A stretch of DNA of 39,785 bases from NCBI GenBank assembly GCA_001687465.1, contig LVLI01001608.1, positions 1 to 39,785 of the forward strand, read 5' to 3'. The notes under the pieces were generated by a model. It did no database searches, had not been told where the DNA came from, and saw only the letters and a program-made list of their open reading frames with translations. The stretch is from Halocafeteria seosinensis (Eukaryota). Every line of letters starts with the position of its first letter. Positions within the stretch are counted from its first letter, which is position 1. Positions 10,773 to 22,482 of this stretch are shown piece by piece. A program made the translations under genes and the position numbers.

Positions 10773-13700
10773 TCAGGAATTGATGGGGTGGGGAACTGCA
10801 CTCCGTATATCATGTAGGCACTTCCTTAGCGAAATTTCAAAACCGTAAATATCGTTCTCGGAAGGTATTTCAACGGCTGCTTGTACGTCATGCAAAGGCT
10901 TGGAGTCGGGGAGGCTGAGAGCAGTGGCCAATGTAAAGTTCTTGTTGTTTGCATCATTTTCACCGAGCTGCGAAATTGCAGCAGGAGTTAACGCAAAGAA
11001 AATTCGCTGAGCACCGCGGGCTTTTAGGAGTTCGAATAAGAACTGCATTATGTCCTCCTCCACAATGACTTGCCTATCCTCCAGTAAAATTCGACAACAA
11101 GCTTGTAGAATGAGGCGTGAAATTGGTTCAAATAAATCTTGACTGAAAAGGGCAATTCTGTCGTGCATGCCCCGCCATGTTTCTAAATGAAATCTCACCA
11201 GTTCCGCAGTAGTGGCTTCATGTGTAAGACTGTTTAGCTGTTTTTGTACAACGGACTCGAACGCTTCTCTACCTTTATCGTTTTTCCACGATAAGACCTT
11301 ACGTATAAGTTCGGGACCATTTACACCGCTGGGTTGCTGTACCTCCTTCTTGCAAAAGAATTGCGAGCAATTCCATAAAATGTTCCGCAAAAGAAAATGG
11401 AGGACTGGTGACATTTCCGCTAGAGGGGCATCCTGTGTAGCTGAGGGTTCCGTAATCGTCGCCATTTCGTTCAAGCAAAATTCAAGGATGGTAGGGATAA
11501 TATACTTCATCTGAGTTGAGGACAGTTTTACGTTCAGTACAGAGCGAAGGAAGCGCAAGAAGTACAGCAATAACCGAGCAGTAGAAGGTGAGCATCGATT
11601 CTGTTGATCCAGCAGGTTGACCGTACCACGTCTAATTGCGTTCACCAGGCTATTCGAGACTTGAGTCAATATTTCGCAAGCGAGTTCGGCTGAAACACTT
11701 GAAGGAATTGCATCATTGAGAGTGAAGAAATGCTCGAGTAGTGTGGTTGCGACGATAACGTTTTTGGGAGGTACGGTCTTTAGGGTGCCGCTAGATCCGT
11801 GGGCCCAAGTGTCTGGGTTACTAATGATCGTTTGAAACAACGAAGCCATTGGTCTCTCTAGAGGAGACAAGATCTGATACCAATGCTTGATTATGGCAGA
11901 GGCCTCGGAGGCAAGTGAGCGACAAATGCATGAAAAGAGTGTCGCCGCCTGCTTGATGCTCAGAAAGGAAGAACTGCTCTGCCTCAAACCGTTCACAACC
12001 TCTTGTTCAGACGCGTTACTGAAATTCTCCAGCATGCTAAATGGTACCCTTATCTGCCCCTGGAATGCTGAGACACAATGTTGAGAGAACTGATGGTCAT
12101 TCTTGCTTTCTTCTGCCTCACCAAGTAGCAGGCGACATAAGACAGCCGTAAGAAGAGTGTGTGCGTCTGACTGAGACGTGTTACTTTGAGCCAGGGCGCC
12201 ACTAATTTTCTGGAACTCATCCGTAGCTAGTACGGATCTCCGCAATTTGGTAGATGTCTTTGCAATCTGGCCCCATATGGCCACTGCCGCGGCTTGAACT
12301 GTTTCTGAGGGCGGGGTGTCGCCTGGAGATGGCAGTAGGACGCAAGTTGCATTCCTCAATATAGTCTTGATTGCAGCGAGCACATCTGCTTCCGCGATGT
12401 ATAGACGTGTGTTACGGCTCCCCCATTGGACGAGAGATAGTTGCACGTCGGCAAAATTGACTAGACTACGGCTCGCTAAAAATGCTGCAACTTGTACATG
12501 AGTTATTAGCCAGTTCCCTTGATCTCGGCTGGCAGACATCACAGTATCGAGTGAGTTTACGATGACCGACACGATGGTATTGACGCTCTGTGGTTCAGCA
12601 ACGTCACCTTCGAAGATTTGGGCTAAGATGCCAGCTCCTAGAATGGATATGGTCGAAAAATCCATCAGAATGCCTTCGTTTGAGGCTCCATGAGGCGTCA
12701 ATGCACCCTGTTGCAACACCGAGGCACAATTCTGCAGAAAAGGAGATACCTTATCAACAATCCATCCAGAAAATGCTGGGATGTTCGACAGCTTCAATAG
12801 TAAGCTGAGTGCTTCCTTAACGAGCTGATGCAGCGCACCCTCCTCTCTATCAATGAAGCCTGGCAAAACTGTCCATGAGCTTTCAGCGTTGTGCATACTG
12901 TTTCTTATGGATGCAAAACTTGCAGTACTGCCATAGAGTTCCCATTCGGCGTCCGACATCCAAGAATTAACTTGTTTCTGAGAGCTTCTGCGATTTCTCC
13001 CGGTACTGGATGTTCCCAGTCCATGCAATGCTTCGGCACCTGGGATATCTCCATAAATAATGGTTGCAGATTGAGTGGCCTGCATAGACGATTTTATTTG
13101 GGCTTCAGTGCCCGTCGACGGGCTCTCATAAAGGGATTGGTCATGCTCTGTGAACAAGGCTTCACTCAGAATCCAAGGAGCTATTTCGTGCAGGGATTTT
13201 ATCAACGTATTGTACAGAGCAGAGTTGATCTGGCGCTCTTGACAATCAAGAATGTAGTCCATGATTACGTGCCATATTTGCAGAGTGTGCATGTGAGTGG
13301 GAATCTCCGCATGGTCTTCACGGTACATCGAATGAGTGCTTCGGGTAATTCCTTGAATAACTTGGATAAACGAAGCACTCGCATCGGAAGGAAGATGTTC
13401 CAGTCGACCAATATGATTCTCCAAAAAACACTGAAGCAATTCCAAACATTCCCTCAAAACAGTATCGGCTATGTTGACCAATATGTCGGTCGGCATACGT
13501 GAGATTTTGGTAAGTAGTGTGGTGACGTTTTCGATACACTGTAGCACCACGGATTGGGTTTGTGGTCGCCAGTTACGTTTGCGACATAACTCGGTAACGC
13601 ACCCGATACTCTGTTCAAATAGCTCCGAATCAACACCCTCAGTAGGTAATTGACCATTTTGGAGCGATGATTGCATTATGGCAAGGATGGTCTGTGGCAT

Positions 13701-14528
13701 TTCTGTCGGAAATTCCATAGATGGAGGTGAGTGGCCAATCATCTCTTTCAAGCAACTGAGACTCAGTACCAAAATCCGTCGATTGAGAGTGTGTTGGTCC
13801 TTTGCATCAGCAAGCATGGTGGGAAATGGGGACTCAGCAGATGACATTGCTTTGCTGTATCTCTCGTGAAGAGCGTGAGATGAGCTTTCTTGAACTAGCG
13901 CCACCAGCTCCGACATACTGCTATAAACCAATCTCGATGCTCTCCGCTGTTGATGTGCCGACACCGCGAATGTATCCGGCTGTTGGTTCCCACTTTGTCC
14001 ATGTCTTCCTCGTGCCGTATGCTGTCGGGAGCTCGTGCATTCTTCGATGACGATCTGTAGTAACCTGAGTGCTGCTGCCGTGTACTCCCCTCGTTCACTT
14101 CGCACGTATCCGGATATGTACTTGTACAAAGCTGCTTCCTCGTCGTCCGAGATAGTTGAAGTAGGGTCCATTTTAATCATTGTCGCCAGTATCATGCATA
14201 GCTTGTTGGAGACAAATGACGGCATCTGAGGACCTTGTCGGAAATATTTCTGATCCGAAAGAAAAGTGAATAAATGTTTCCTGTCCTGGGGCGATAAGGA
14301 GGAGACAAAAGAGCCATCCACGAGTTGCTGCAGAAGGGTTAATCCATAGAATTGAGCATAAAACGACGCATTTTCCTGGCTCAAGAGCGTATAACATCCT
14401 TGCCATGATTGAAAATGAGGCTTGACCTCATTTTCCAAAGCATTCTCGACTTGTTGCTTGGTGTATGGATCACATTGGGGGCTATAAAACTGCTCCAACA
14501 GGGTGGACAAGCGATTGATAGCCTCCAT
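10773..14528 (-). CDS. XPO6: Importin-beta/karyopherin family HEAT-repeat protein, exportin-6-like (1251 aa, intronless)
   Basis: The N-terminus LSTLLEQFY...KQQVENAL...W..C..LL...YAQFYGLTLLQQLV...PSFVSNKLC resembles the Ran-binding N-terminus of exportin-6. C-terminal IVEEDI and DIYGFEISLRKCLHDIR resemble the XPO6 tail. Subfamily assignment is from remembered motifs. Confidence 0.7.
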   Translation of the reverse strand: MEAINRLSTLLEQFYSPQCDPYTKQQVENALENEVKPHFQSWQGCYTLLSQENASFYAQFYGLTLLQQLVDGSFVSSLSPQDRKHLFTFLSDQKYFRQGPQMPSFVSNKLCMILATMIKMDPTSTISDDEEAALYKYISGYVRSERGEYTAAALRLLQIVIEECTSSRQHTARGRHGQSGNQQPDTFAVSAHQQRRASRLVYSSMSELVALVQESSSHALHERYSKAMSSAESPFPTMLADAKDQHTLNRRILVLSLSCLKEMIGHSPPSMEFPTEMPQTILAIMQSSLQNGQLPTEGVDSELFEQSIGCVTELCRKRNWRPQTQSVVLQCIENVTTLLTKISRMPTDILVNIADTVLRECLELLQCFLENHIGRLEHLPSDASASFIQVIQGITRSTHSMYREDHAEIPTHMHTLQIWHVIMDYILDCQERQINSALYNTLIKSLHEIAPWILSEALFTEHDQSLYESPSTGTEAQIKSSMQATQSATIIYGDIPGAEALHGLGTSSTGRNRRSSQKQVNSWMSDAEWELYGSTASFASIRNSMHNAESSWTVLPGFIDREEGALHQLVKEALSLLLKLSNIPAFSGWIVDKVSPFLQNCASVLQQGALTPHGASNEGILMDFSTISILGAGILAQIFEGDVAEPQSVNTIVSVIVNSLDTVMSASRDQGNWLITHVQVAAFLASRSLVNFADVQLSLVQWGSRNTRLYIAEADVLAAIKTILRNATCVLLPSPGDTPPSETVQAAAVAIWGQIAKTSTKLRRSVLATDEFQKISGALAQSNTSQSDAHTLLTAVLCRLLLGEAEESKNDHQFSQHCVSAFQGQIRVPFSMLENFSNASEQEVVNGLRQSSSSFLSIKQAATLFSCICRSLASEASAIIKHWYQILSPLERPMASLFQTIISNPDTWAHGSSGTLKTVPPKNVIVATTLLEHFFTLNDAIPSSVSAELACEILTQVSNSLVNAIRRGTVNLLDQQNRCSPSTARLLLYFLRFLRSVLNVKLSSTQMKYIIPTILEFCLNEMATITEPSATQDAPLAEMSPVLHFLLRNILWNCSQFFCKKEVQQPSGVNGPELIRKVLSWKNDKGREAFESVVQKQLNSLTHEATTAELVRFHLETWRGMHDRIALFSQDLFEPISRLILQACCRILLEDRQVIVEEDIMQFLFELLKARGAQRIFFALTPAAISQLGENDANNKNFTLATALSLPDSKPLHDVQAAVEIPSENDIYGFEISLRKCLHDIRSAVPHPINS

Positions 14529-15110
14529 ACTGGTTGTCCACCTGTTTCAACTCCAACAACTACTGCAACAGCCACCGGTGTCGTTCTTCCGCGACGGACA
14601 AGGGGACAATACACGGCTATCTATCGTATTATACCCCATTTCTGTCACCCTGTACCGACCTTCACAAGCCCCCGGACTTCACAAGAACCACTTGTTACTA
14701 GGTGGTACCGGAAGATCGTCTAGGGTAGTCCAATCCAAGCAGTTGACGGAGACCTTTACTACAGCTTCAAAATGCGAGGCTCATTGGCCTTCTTGTCAAC
14801 AACTTCAAATGTCATTGCTTCAGGAAGAAGTTTGACTCATGCACACAGACACATGTACTGGTCAGTCCACGAGTATAGCTGTACCGTGTATGGAAACTAC
14901 AGGGTGGCCAAAAGGATATCATACGCGTGCAATGCAACATCCAAACGTAGCGTAGACAAAGTAAGAGGTGAAGTTTGTATCCTTTTTCGGACGGACTTCT
15001 GGGAAGATGTGCTCCTACATGTAAAACTTCTTGAGAATGTGATCAAATTGTAGCGTCGCTTGACGTGCTTCTGCTTCAAAATTACATTTCTATAAGAGGT
15101 ATGCTTTCAA

Positions 15111-16598
15111 TTAAACAAATTGCTTCCCTTGAGGCACGCTAGACTTGATAGACTCATTCAGCAGATCGGCTCCTTCCTTCTGGCGTTGCAATACACCCTT
15201 GAGGTAATACTCTGCAAACGGCAACAAATAAAAATAAAAGAAAATTTAGAGTAAGTGTTAGATAGCACATGACAAGAGGTTGCTTGGGACATGGCTGACG
15301 CACCTCCAGCCTTGTAGCTTGATCGCACCAACGGGCCAGAGGCGACGTACAAGAAGCCCATATCTTCTCCTTCCTTCCGCCATTGCTCAAATTTATCGGG
15401 ATGAACATATTCGTTCACTGGTAGATGACGCTTGCTTGGCCTCAAATATTGTCCAAAAGTGATCACTTGCACACCAGCATCGCGGCATTCGCGCATTGTT
15501 TGTCGCACCTCTTCGTCTGTTTCCCCTACACCCAGCATCAAACTTGTCTTGGTGACTAGATTTTCTCGGCGTTGTCGGGCCATTTCAAGTACTTTCAGGC
15601 TTTGGGCGTAGGTAGCTCGACGGTCACGGACCCTTGGCGTCATGCTTTCAACTGTCTCAAGATTATGAGCAAATACGTCTAGACCGGAGTCCACCACTCG
15701 GTTGATGCGTTGGGCATTTCCTGAAAAATCAGGCGTTAAGCATTCTACCAAGAGTGACGGGCACTTTTCTTTTAGCCTTTCGACAGTCCGTGCGAAATGG
15801 TCGGCACCTTGATCTTCCTGCGGCAAAGCCACAAAGATGAGAGTGAACGGCTGGGGAACAAGCAACGCTACAGTTTTCAATACATACAATATCGTCTCGG
15901 TCAACGCTTGTGAGAACAATGTAATCAACGCCCCACCTGGAAACTCCTTCCGCCACATTTTCTGGCTCATTCGGATCCAATGGGGCCGGAGCGCGGGCTG
16001 TCTTGACGGCACAGAAATTGCAGCCTCGAGTACATGTGTCTCCCATGAGCATAATGGTGGCTGTCGCCGTTTCGGATTCGTTGCCACCCCAGCATTCACC
16101 AATGTTGGGGCACTGCGCTTCTTCACACACCGTCGCCAAATTCAAGGAGCGCACATCTTTTTGTAGCTTATGGTAGTTGGAGTCTTTCCCTCCCTTGGGC
16201 GTGGATACCCGGAGCCAAGACGGTTTAGGCGGGTCTTTTTCCTTCACCTTGCTCCAGTCCGTCCGACGAATGGAGTGTGCGTCCATGGACACAAAGTCGC
16301 CTAATTCAGGCCCTTGGGCCAACTTCTGACGTAAACTCCCTAAACGACGGCTTCGAGTCCCTCCCTGACTGCTTTGTGGCGGGGTATTCGACGTCTGCGA
16401 CGACGAATCCACCGTCACGGCCTCCTCGCTCTGGTACCGGAGCCCTTGCACAAGCAAACTATCGTTCCATCGGGAAGCTATAAAGGGTGTAAATGGGGCA
16501 CGCGCTGTCTTGTTCTCAGCAGCGCCCTTCCTGGTCAAAGTTGAAGTTCGTTGTCCAGCTGCTTGAAGCAGCCGTGAGGAAGCCTTCACTGCACGCAT
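15111..16598 (-). CDS. LIAS: Lipoyl synthase, mitochondrial (radical SAM); 3 exons, about 441 aa
   Basis: Exons 16598-15888, 15817-15304, 15211-15111 (phase-consistent). Motifs [53 protein letters not shown]. Presequence-like N-terminus. Confidence 0.96.
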
Positions 16599-16926
16599 TT
16601 TGTGTCCTCCTCCTCTTTACACATACATGCTACTATTGGTCAATCCATGGCTGGCATAACTTGTCTCTGTGGTGAAGAAAAAACATGTAGACGAAATGAT
16701 TGTTCGGTTGTTGCTGAACTTCAACCTCGTAAGGCAATGATGTCTATACACGAGCTTTATAGGGGATGGTATCCGTGCCATTGTGGCCAAACATGAGATT
16801 GCCGAGTACAGTAAATTAGAGTAACCCGGAGGATAGCAAAGCCGGTTAAAACTGCAGTGGAGGATCGGGTTCTCGTCCGCGTGCGACCTCAGGTGACACA
16901 TTTCATGCTATTGGGGCTATTATACC
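16599..16926. promoter_or_regulatory. Probable bidirectional promoter region between LIAS and DDX51
   Basis: Head-to-head start codons only 328 bp apart; no specific element identified. Confidence 0.4.
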
Positions 16927-19779
16927 ATGTTTCAGATCCCCAGGTACACGGAGGAGGCTCATTCGGATGCTCAGACACGTCACGGAGCTGATGGAACGGG
17001 CGGAGGGGATAAAAGCCGTCAGCGACTGGAATCATTGAAAGCCAAAGCAGCCCAACACCAGCAGAAAAAAGACAGAAAGAGGTCATTATCGATCTCACAC
17101 CAGGATGAGTCCTCTGCTGCCTCTGGACACGTTTCTGGAACGGGTACCGGTACGGGAACCGATGAAGCGAAACATGGCGAACGTGGTGAGGAGGGAGAAA
17201 CCAAAGCTGAACGCAAAGCTCGTCTCAAAGCCAAACGTCGACGCGAGAAAGCCCATAGAAAACAGCAGGATGAAGGACAAGATGGTGACCAAGCACTGTC
17301 CAACACCATAGCTCCCTTTGCTGAATTCACGAAGGTATCACGACCAGACAACAGCAGTCACCAGCAGGAGACTGCGCCTGAATCCGAAAGAACTTCGTCT
17401 GTACACATTGAAGAGGATGATCAAAGTAAACCACTGGAGCAGCAGCAACAGCTTTATCAGCAGAGTCAGAAAGATACGAAGAAAAAGAAGAAAAAGAAAA
17501 AGTCGTCTACTCCAGTCGTCGGCAAATCGATATGGAGACTGCCGCAGTATCAAGTTGCAGAACGTTCTACGCAGCACCCACAAACCTCAGGCCCTGTTCA
17601 TTCGCTCAACTCTTCGTCATCGTCCAAATCACAGGGAACAAATAGTGAGGCTTCTCCACAGGAGTTTTTAGAGAAGAAAATGAAGATAAATGAACTCCTT
17701 GTACGGAACCTGAGAAAGCAGGGGATCGAGCGCTTGTTTCCCATTCAACGTGAGGCAATACCCGAAATGGTTGCCGCCGACAATGAGCATCAGTTTGGGA
17801 TGGGAGATATTTGCATATCAGCACCTACTGGATCTGGTAAGACGTTAGTCTACGTTGTACCCATTGTGCAAACTCTCATGAAACGGGTAATCCCCCGTCT
17901 GCGAGCCCTCATTATCGTTCCAACCCACGAACTAGTAAACCAAGTATATGAGACGTTTAAGTATTGTTCTGAGGGAACCACGTTGCGCATAGTTTCGATG
18001 ACAACAGAAATGCCGTTTCTTGAGCAACAAGAAATACTGCAGGAAAGTGATGCGGGATACATAGATGCCCGAAACATCCCTAAGACAGGGATTGATATTC
18101 TGATAAGCACACCGGGAAGGCTAATCGATCATCTAGATAATACTCCCGGATTTACATTAGAGCATTTACAGTAAGTTTGATGGCTTGCCGGTTGCGCAGC
18201 ATTACGAAACCTCGCTTCGTCTTCGGTTTATATTCTACACAGGTATCTAGTGGTGGACGAAGCTGACCGTTTGCTGTATCAAAGCTATCAAGACTGGGTG
18301 CGCAGAATACATCGAGCTGTTTACAATGCTCCACGTCCCTCCATTGAATACCTAAGTGGTGAAGCATCTCTTGACTCTGCGCTGCACCACACACAAGCGT
18401 CAGAGGAACCACAGCGAGCACAAAGGAGGGCGTCGGCTGCCCAATCGTACCGTGACATGATGAATTCTGGAAAATTTTCTTTAATGGATTTGGAAACAAC
18501 TTCGGCGTACACAAAATTGAAGGAACTTCTCGATTCAAGTTCTGCCCGACTACATCACATACCCAATCCTGTGTATCCTTTGGCATCTCGATATCGTCCC
18601 AGAACTATCAGAGCGCGACCAGAGGTAACGTTAGATGGTATCCGCGTGGCTGATGCATGCATGGCCAGTGGGATGGGCGGAAGCGTTCCTTTATCCTCCC
18701 AGTATATTGCCAGTACACCTGAAATGAAGGATACAAGTGTCACTGATTACGGTTTATCCTTGGAACACCCCTCGCTGTTGTATTCTGCCTTTAGAAAGAT
18801 AATATGTAGTGCCACTCTGACGCGTAATCCGCAGAAGCTGGCAGCTTTGCAGTTGCGTCACCCTACCTATTTCTCTACACGTTCAGATGTTGATGTTGAT
18901 TTAGATGCAGAAGGTCAGGCAGACGACCCGTCCGTTCAAACAGCGGGCGAAGGCTATGTGACACCTCATAGTCTACACCAAGCATATGTTGTATGTAAAC
19001 CTGAGCAGAAGCCGCTGGGATTGGTATATTTGCTACAGCAACTTCAGGCGCTTCGCGAGCACTCTCAAGATACTTTTCTCGGCCAAGCATTGGTCTTTAC
19101 CGCTTCTGTTGAAACAACGCACCGTTTAACTCGGCTGCTTCAGCTGTTCCAGGTTACCAAAGGCAAAGTAGTGGAGTTTAGTAGCGATATGACTCAGACG
19201 CATCGGCGTGGAATTATGGAGCAGCTACGCAATGGGAACGTTGCCGTAGTGATATCCACAGATGCAGCCGCACGGGGATTAGACTTTCCAGATCTAACAG
19301 CGGTGATTCAGTATGATGCTGCTGTACATACGAAACAATACATTCATCGGGTTGGTCGAACAGCTCGTGCGGGAAGACCTGGTATTTCGTATACACTCCT
19401 GAGACCAAACCAGGTGAAACACTTCCGCGAGATGCTACGAGGCAATTTGGCTGACCGGGGAGCCAGCGTAAGGAAGGAAATCGTAACTGGGAACGAGATA
19501 GATCCGCTGCAAAAGGCGTATGCCGAAATATTGCCTCAATTGAAAAGTGTATTGGATGCTGAGAAACGAGGAGAGCTGCAGAAGACTGAAGACCTGGAAC
19601 TTTCCGGAGACGAGAGCACGGCTGGAGGTGATGATGATGAAGACGAGGAGGATAGCAAACATCAGAAAGCTACTTCCGGTGAGAACTATATGCAAGAAAA
19701 GAATGAAGGGGGCTTTGGGGATGAAGAATCGGATTCTTCGTCAAGCAATTCCGATGACGGCAGCGAAGATGCTACTTGA
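16927..19779 (+). CDS. DDX51: DEAD-box RNA helicase DDX51/Dbp6 (60S biogenesis); 2 exons, about 926 aa
   Basis: Exons 16927-18170 and 18243-19779 (intron GTAAGT...CACAG). Motifs LFPIQ, GDICISAPTGSGKT, PTHEL, TPGRL, DEADRLL, SATLTRNPQKL, ARGLD, HRVGRTAR. Charged N- and C-terminal tails. Confidence 0.9.
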
Positions 19780-20855
19780 GCATCTTTCAACCGCTTTCTA
19801 TGAATGCCTTCCGTAATGTTTCTTTTTCCTGGTTAATGTAGTTTGCCATGCGCATGTTGAAAGAGCGGTTTCTTGAATGCACCTCAGCCTCGATAGTGTT
19901 TGCGCCTATATTATACTCTCCCTAGGACCTGCCGTACAAGTACTGCAGGTAATAGGAGCTTCACATACCATGTTGGTATGCTTTGGCAGACACCCGACAG
20001 CCTCATCTAGCACCTATAGTCCTAGGATCTGCCGTATATTTACTGTTCTGCGTACATGACGTTTTCCTCCGGGGTTTTTTTGTTCTGGACGAGTGAGTCG
20101 TGCATACGAGTCAAGTTGCGTCGGGAACACCTCTGGAGGTGTGTAAAGCCCACAAGCAGTACGTACCTGCGATTGAGGACCTACTTCCGGACTTGGTGTT
20201 CGGTACAACGTCTTTATTGCACTGTATGCGTATTTGGCACGCGAGCTAATTCGCGGCTGTGAGTCATTGAATAACGTATTGACTCACATACGCCGTCACC
20301 AAGGCGCGTGTTACTAGTATGGCAAGTGTTTATTACCAGCATTGACATTGATATTGACATAATAAACAACCAGTCAAATTGTTCGGAAGGTGCTTCTTCG
20401 CAGTGGCATGATCTCCGCGACGTGGTTGCGCCCCGCCGGAGTTTTTCTCCGTGCTCCGTCCAACGTCTTCAAGGTACAGTCCTTCTGTCCACGAGTCAAC
20501 CAAGAAAGCAGCGTCGTACCGGTAATGGATTGTTCTTCATGGCAATTTGTCCTTTTTCACGCGCACACTGACTGCCAATGGCATATTCGTATTGAAGTGC
20601 GAGAGTTCCATACGTGGCGGAGACGCACGCTTACAGGGAATCTCCCTGGTTGTGCTTGTGGAAACGTCCTCGGCTTCGTTCTTCACTTACAGCCGGATCT
20701 CTCTGTACACTTTCATTCCTCTGTACTATCAGCCACAAGCTCGTACACCAGCGAGGTTCAGTTTGGTGCCCGCACAGAGGGCTCCAGCCTGCGTGAACCC
20801 TCTTTGGATTGTTCTATTTTGATTAATCTTTATTCCTTGGGCGCTTGAAGACGAG

Positions 20856-21846
20856 ATGGCTTCAACAACCAGACGAGCGGGAAACAGGCCTCGAAGGAAG
20901 AGGAAATGGACTCCTGTGGTAAGTTGAACAGGTAGCTCATCGGACAGGTTTCTCATGTCCTCGACGAGGCGGTCTCAATGTGTTTGCACCCCGCTTATCA
21001 TGGCGTATCATATGATGATACTTGTACGGTGCTACAGGAAGACGAAGCATTGCTCAATACTCTGCGAAGGCTCTACCAAGGCGATTTGCCACCAGCCGAG
21101 AATGTATCGTGGATGAAAGTCCAGGAGCATATGCCTTGGAGGCAGTCTGTTCAAATAAGAGAGAGGTTCGTCTTGTACCCTGATAATTTCTCATGGAGTA
21201 TATCTTGTACATTGTTTGCGGTGTCGTCGCTAACATGCTCAGATACATGCACATTCTTGATCCAAGGTTACGCCATGGGAAAATAGACAGGGAAGAAATG
21301 GTGACAATGCTTTCTCTCTGCGACAAAGTAGGCAAGCGATGGACCGAGATAGCCAAATACCTGCCCGGTCGGTAAGAAATATAAGTTCTTAGTAATTAGG
21401 TCTTGCGCATGAAGTCCTACGCTTTTCTTACGCTCTGCAGCACTTCTCTCGCTGTTAAGAACACTTACTATAGTTTCCTACGGAGATTCAAACGTGAAGT
21501 CGGTAGAGACCCGGTGCAAAACGAGCTACTGAGATTTTTCAAAGGGCAGTCACTACCATCAAAGGATGAATTAGTGTTGCCAGAAACAAGCCAAGCAGTG
21601 GGCGAACAGCCGGTGGCGGTTGAGGCGATGCCGGACGTGACGAATGGACTTTCCTGTACGGAGTCCACAGTATCAACATTATCCATGGATGGTGAGGCGT
21701 TTCATGTAGCGAGTAATTGTCTAGACGATTGTGGGTCTGATGATTCGTTTATTCCTGAACTAGATGGCCGGGGCGAACTCAACGAGTTAGACCTTGAGGA
21801 GTATACCGAGGGTAGTTTGCCTGTCCTTCCTATTCCAGAGGCTTAA
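20856..21846 (+). CDS. R2R3-type MYB DNA-binding protein; 4 exons, about 241 aa
   Basis: Exons 20856-20918, 21038-21165, 21243-21371, 21441-21846 (phase-consistent). The spliced product reads KWTPVEDEALL...W...QIRERYMHILDP...GKRWTEIAKYLPGRTSLAVKNTYY, followed by an acidic tail. Confidence 0.88.
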
Positions 21847-22254
21847 CAAATTGTGCATACAGATCCTCCTTGCTATTACAGTATCTTGAAATTATGTACG
21901 GATGTTAACTGCGGTATAATGTTATAGAAGTTCAGAAGTTCTGCCCAAAGTACAGCGTTGTGTAAGAAACATACTATCCAATGCACTCGAGCACTTGTAA
22001 GCTGTCTATGCAAAATGGATATCTGCACCAGTTCCATCATACTTAATGGACTCAGCTTCAAACGATGGTAATGTAGAAATTTAGTTTCGTCCCGTCATGT
22101 CATTCTTACTGGGAGAGAACTCCTTTTGGGACCATTATCCAATTTCTGCCATCGTTCCAACTCTTTAGGAATCCAAGATTCTGTACGTTTCTTCGAGGCG
22201 CACTACTATGGAGGGACATGAATGGCCTTCACATCGCATGTCGCTCGCTGGCCA

Positions 22255-22271
22255 CTCTCTCTCTCTCTCTC
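22255..22271. repeat. (CT)n microsatellite
   Basis: Seen directly in sequence. Confidence 0.85.
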
Positions 22272-22482
22272 TTCTCGATACCGAACAAGACGTCAAGGCT
22301 CTTCATATTCAGACAACGAGCTAGATGGCTCAGGCATAGGCATGAAGCGGTGCGAGGACGCGGACTTTCGACTCAGAACTCACACCTGCTGGGGTTTGTC
22401 ACATTCCAAATCCAGATTTGTTTGTGTTGTTTTGTGTGAATTGAAATAGATTGTTTTTGCAGCTTCCCTCTAGTCAAGATAG

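Noticed and set aside
14646..14906. CACCCTGTA / TACAGGGTG resembling Tc1/mariner ends
   Set aside because: Only 9 bp, and the two copies face outward, so they do not enclose an element.
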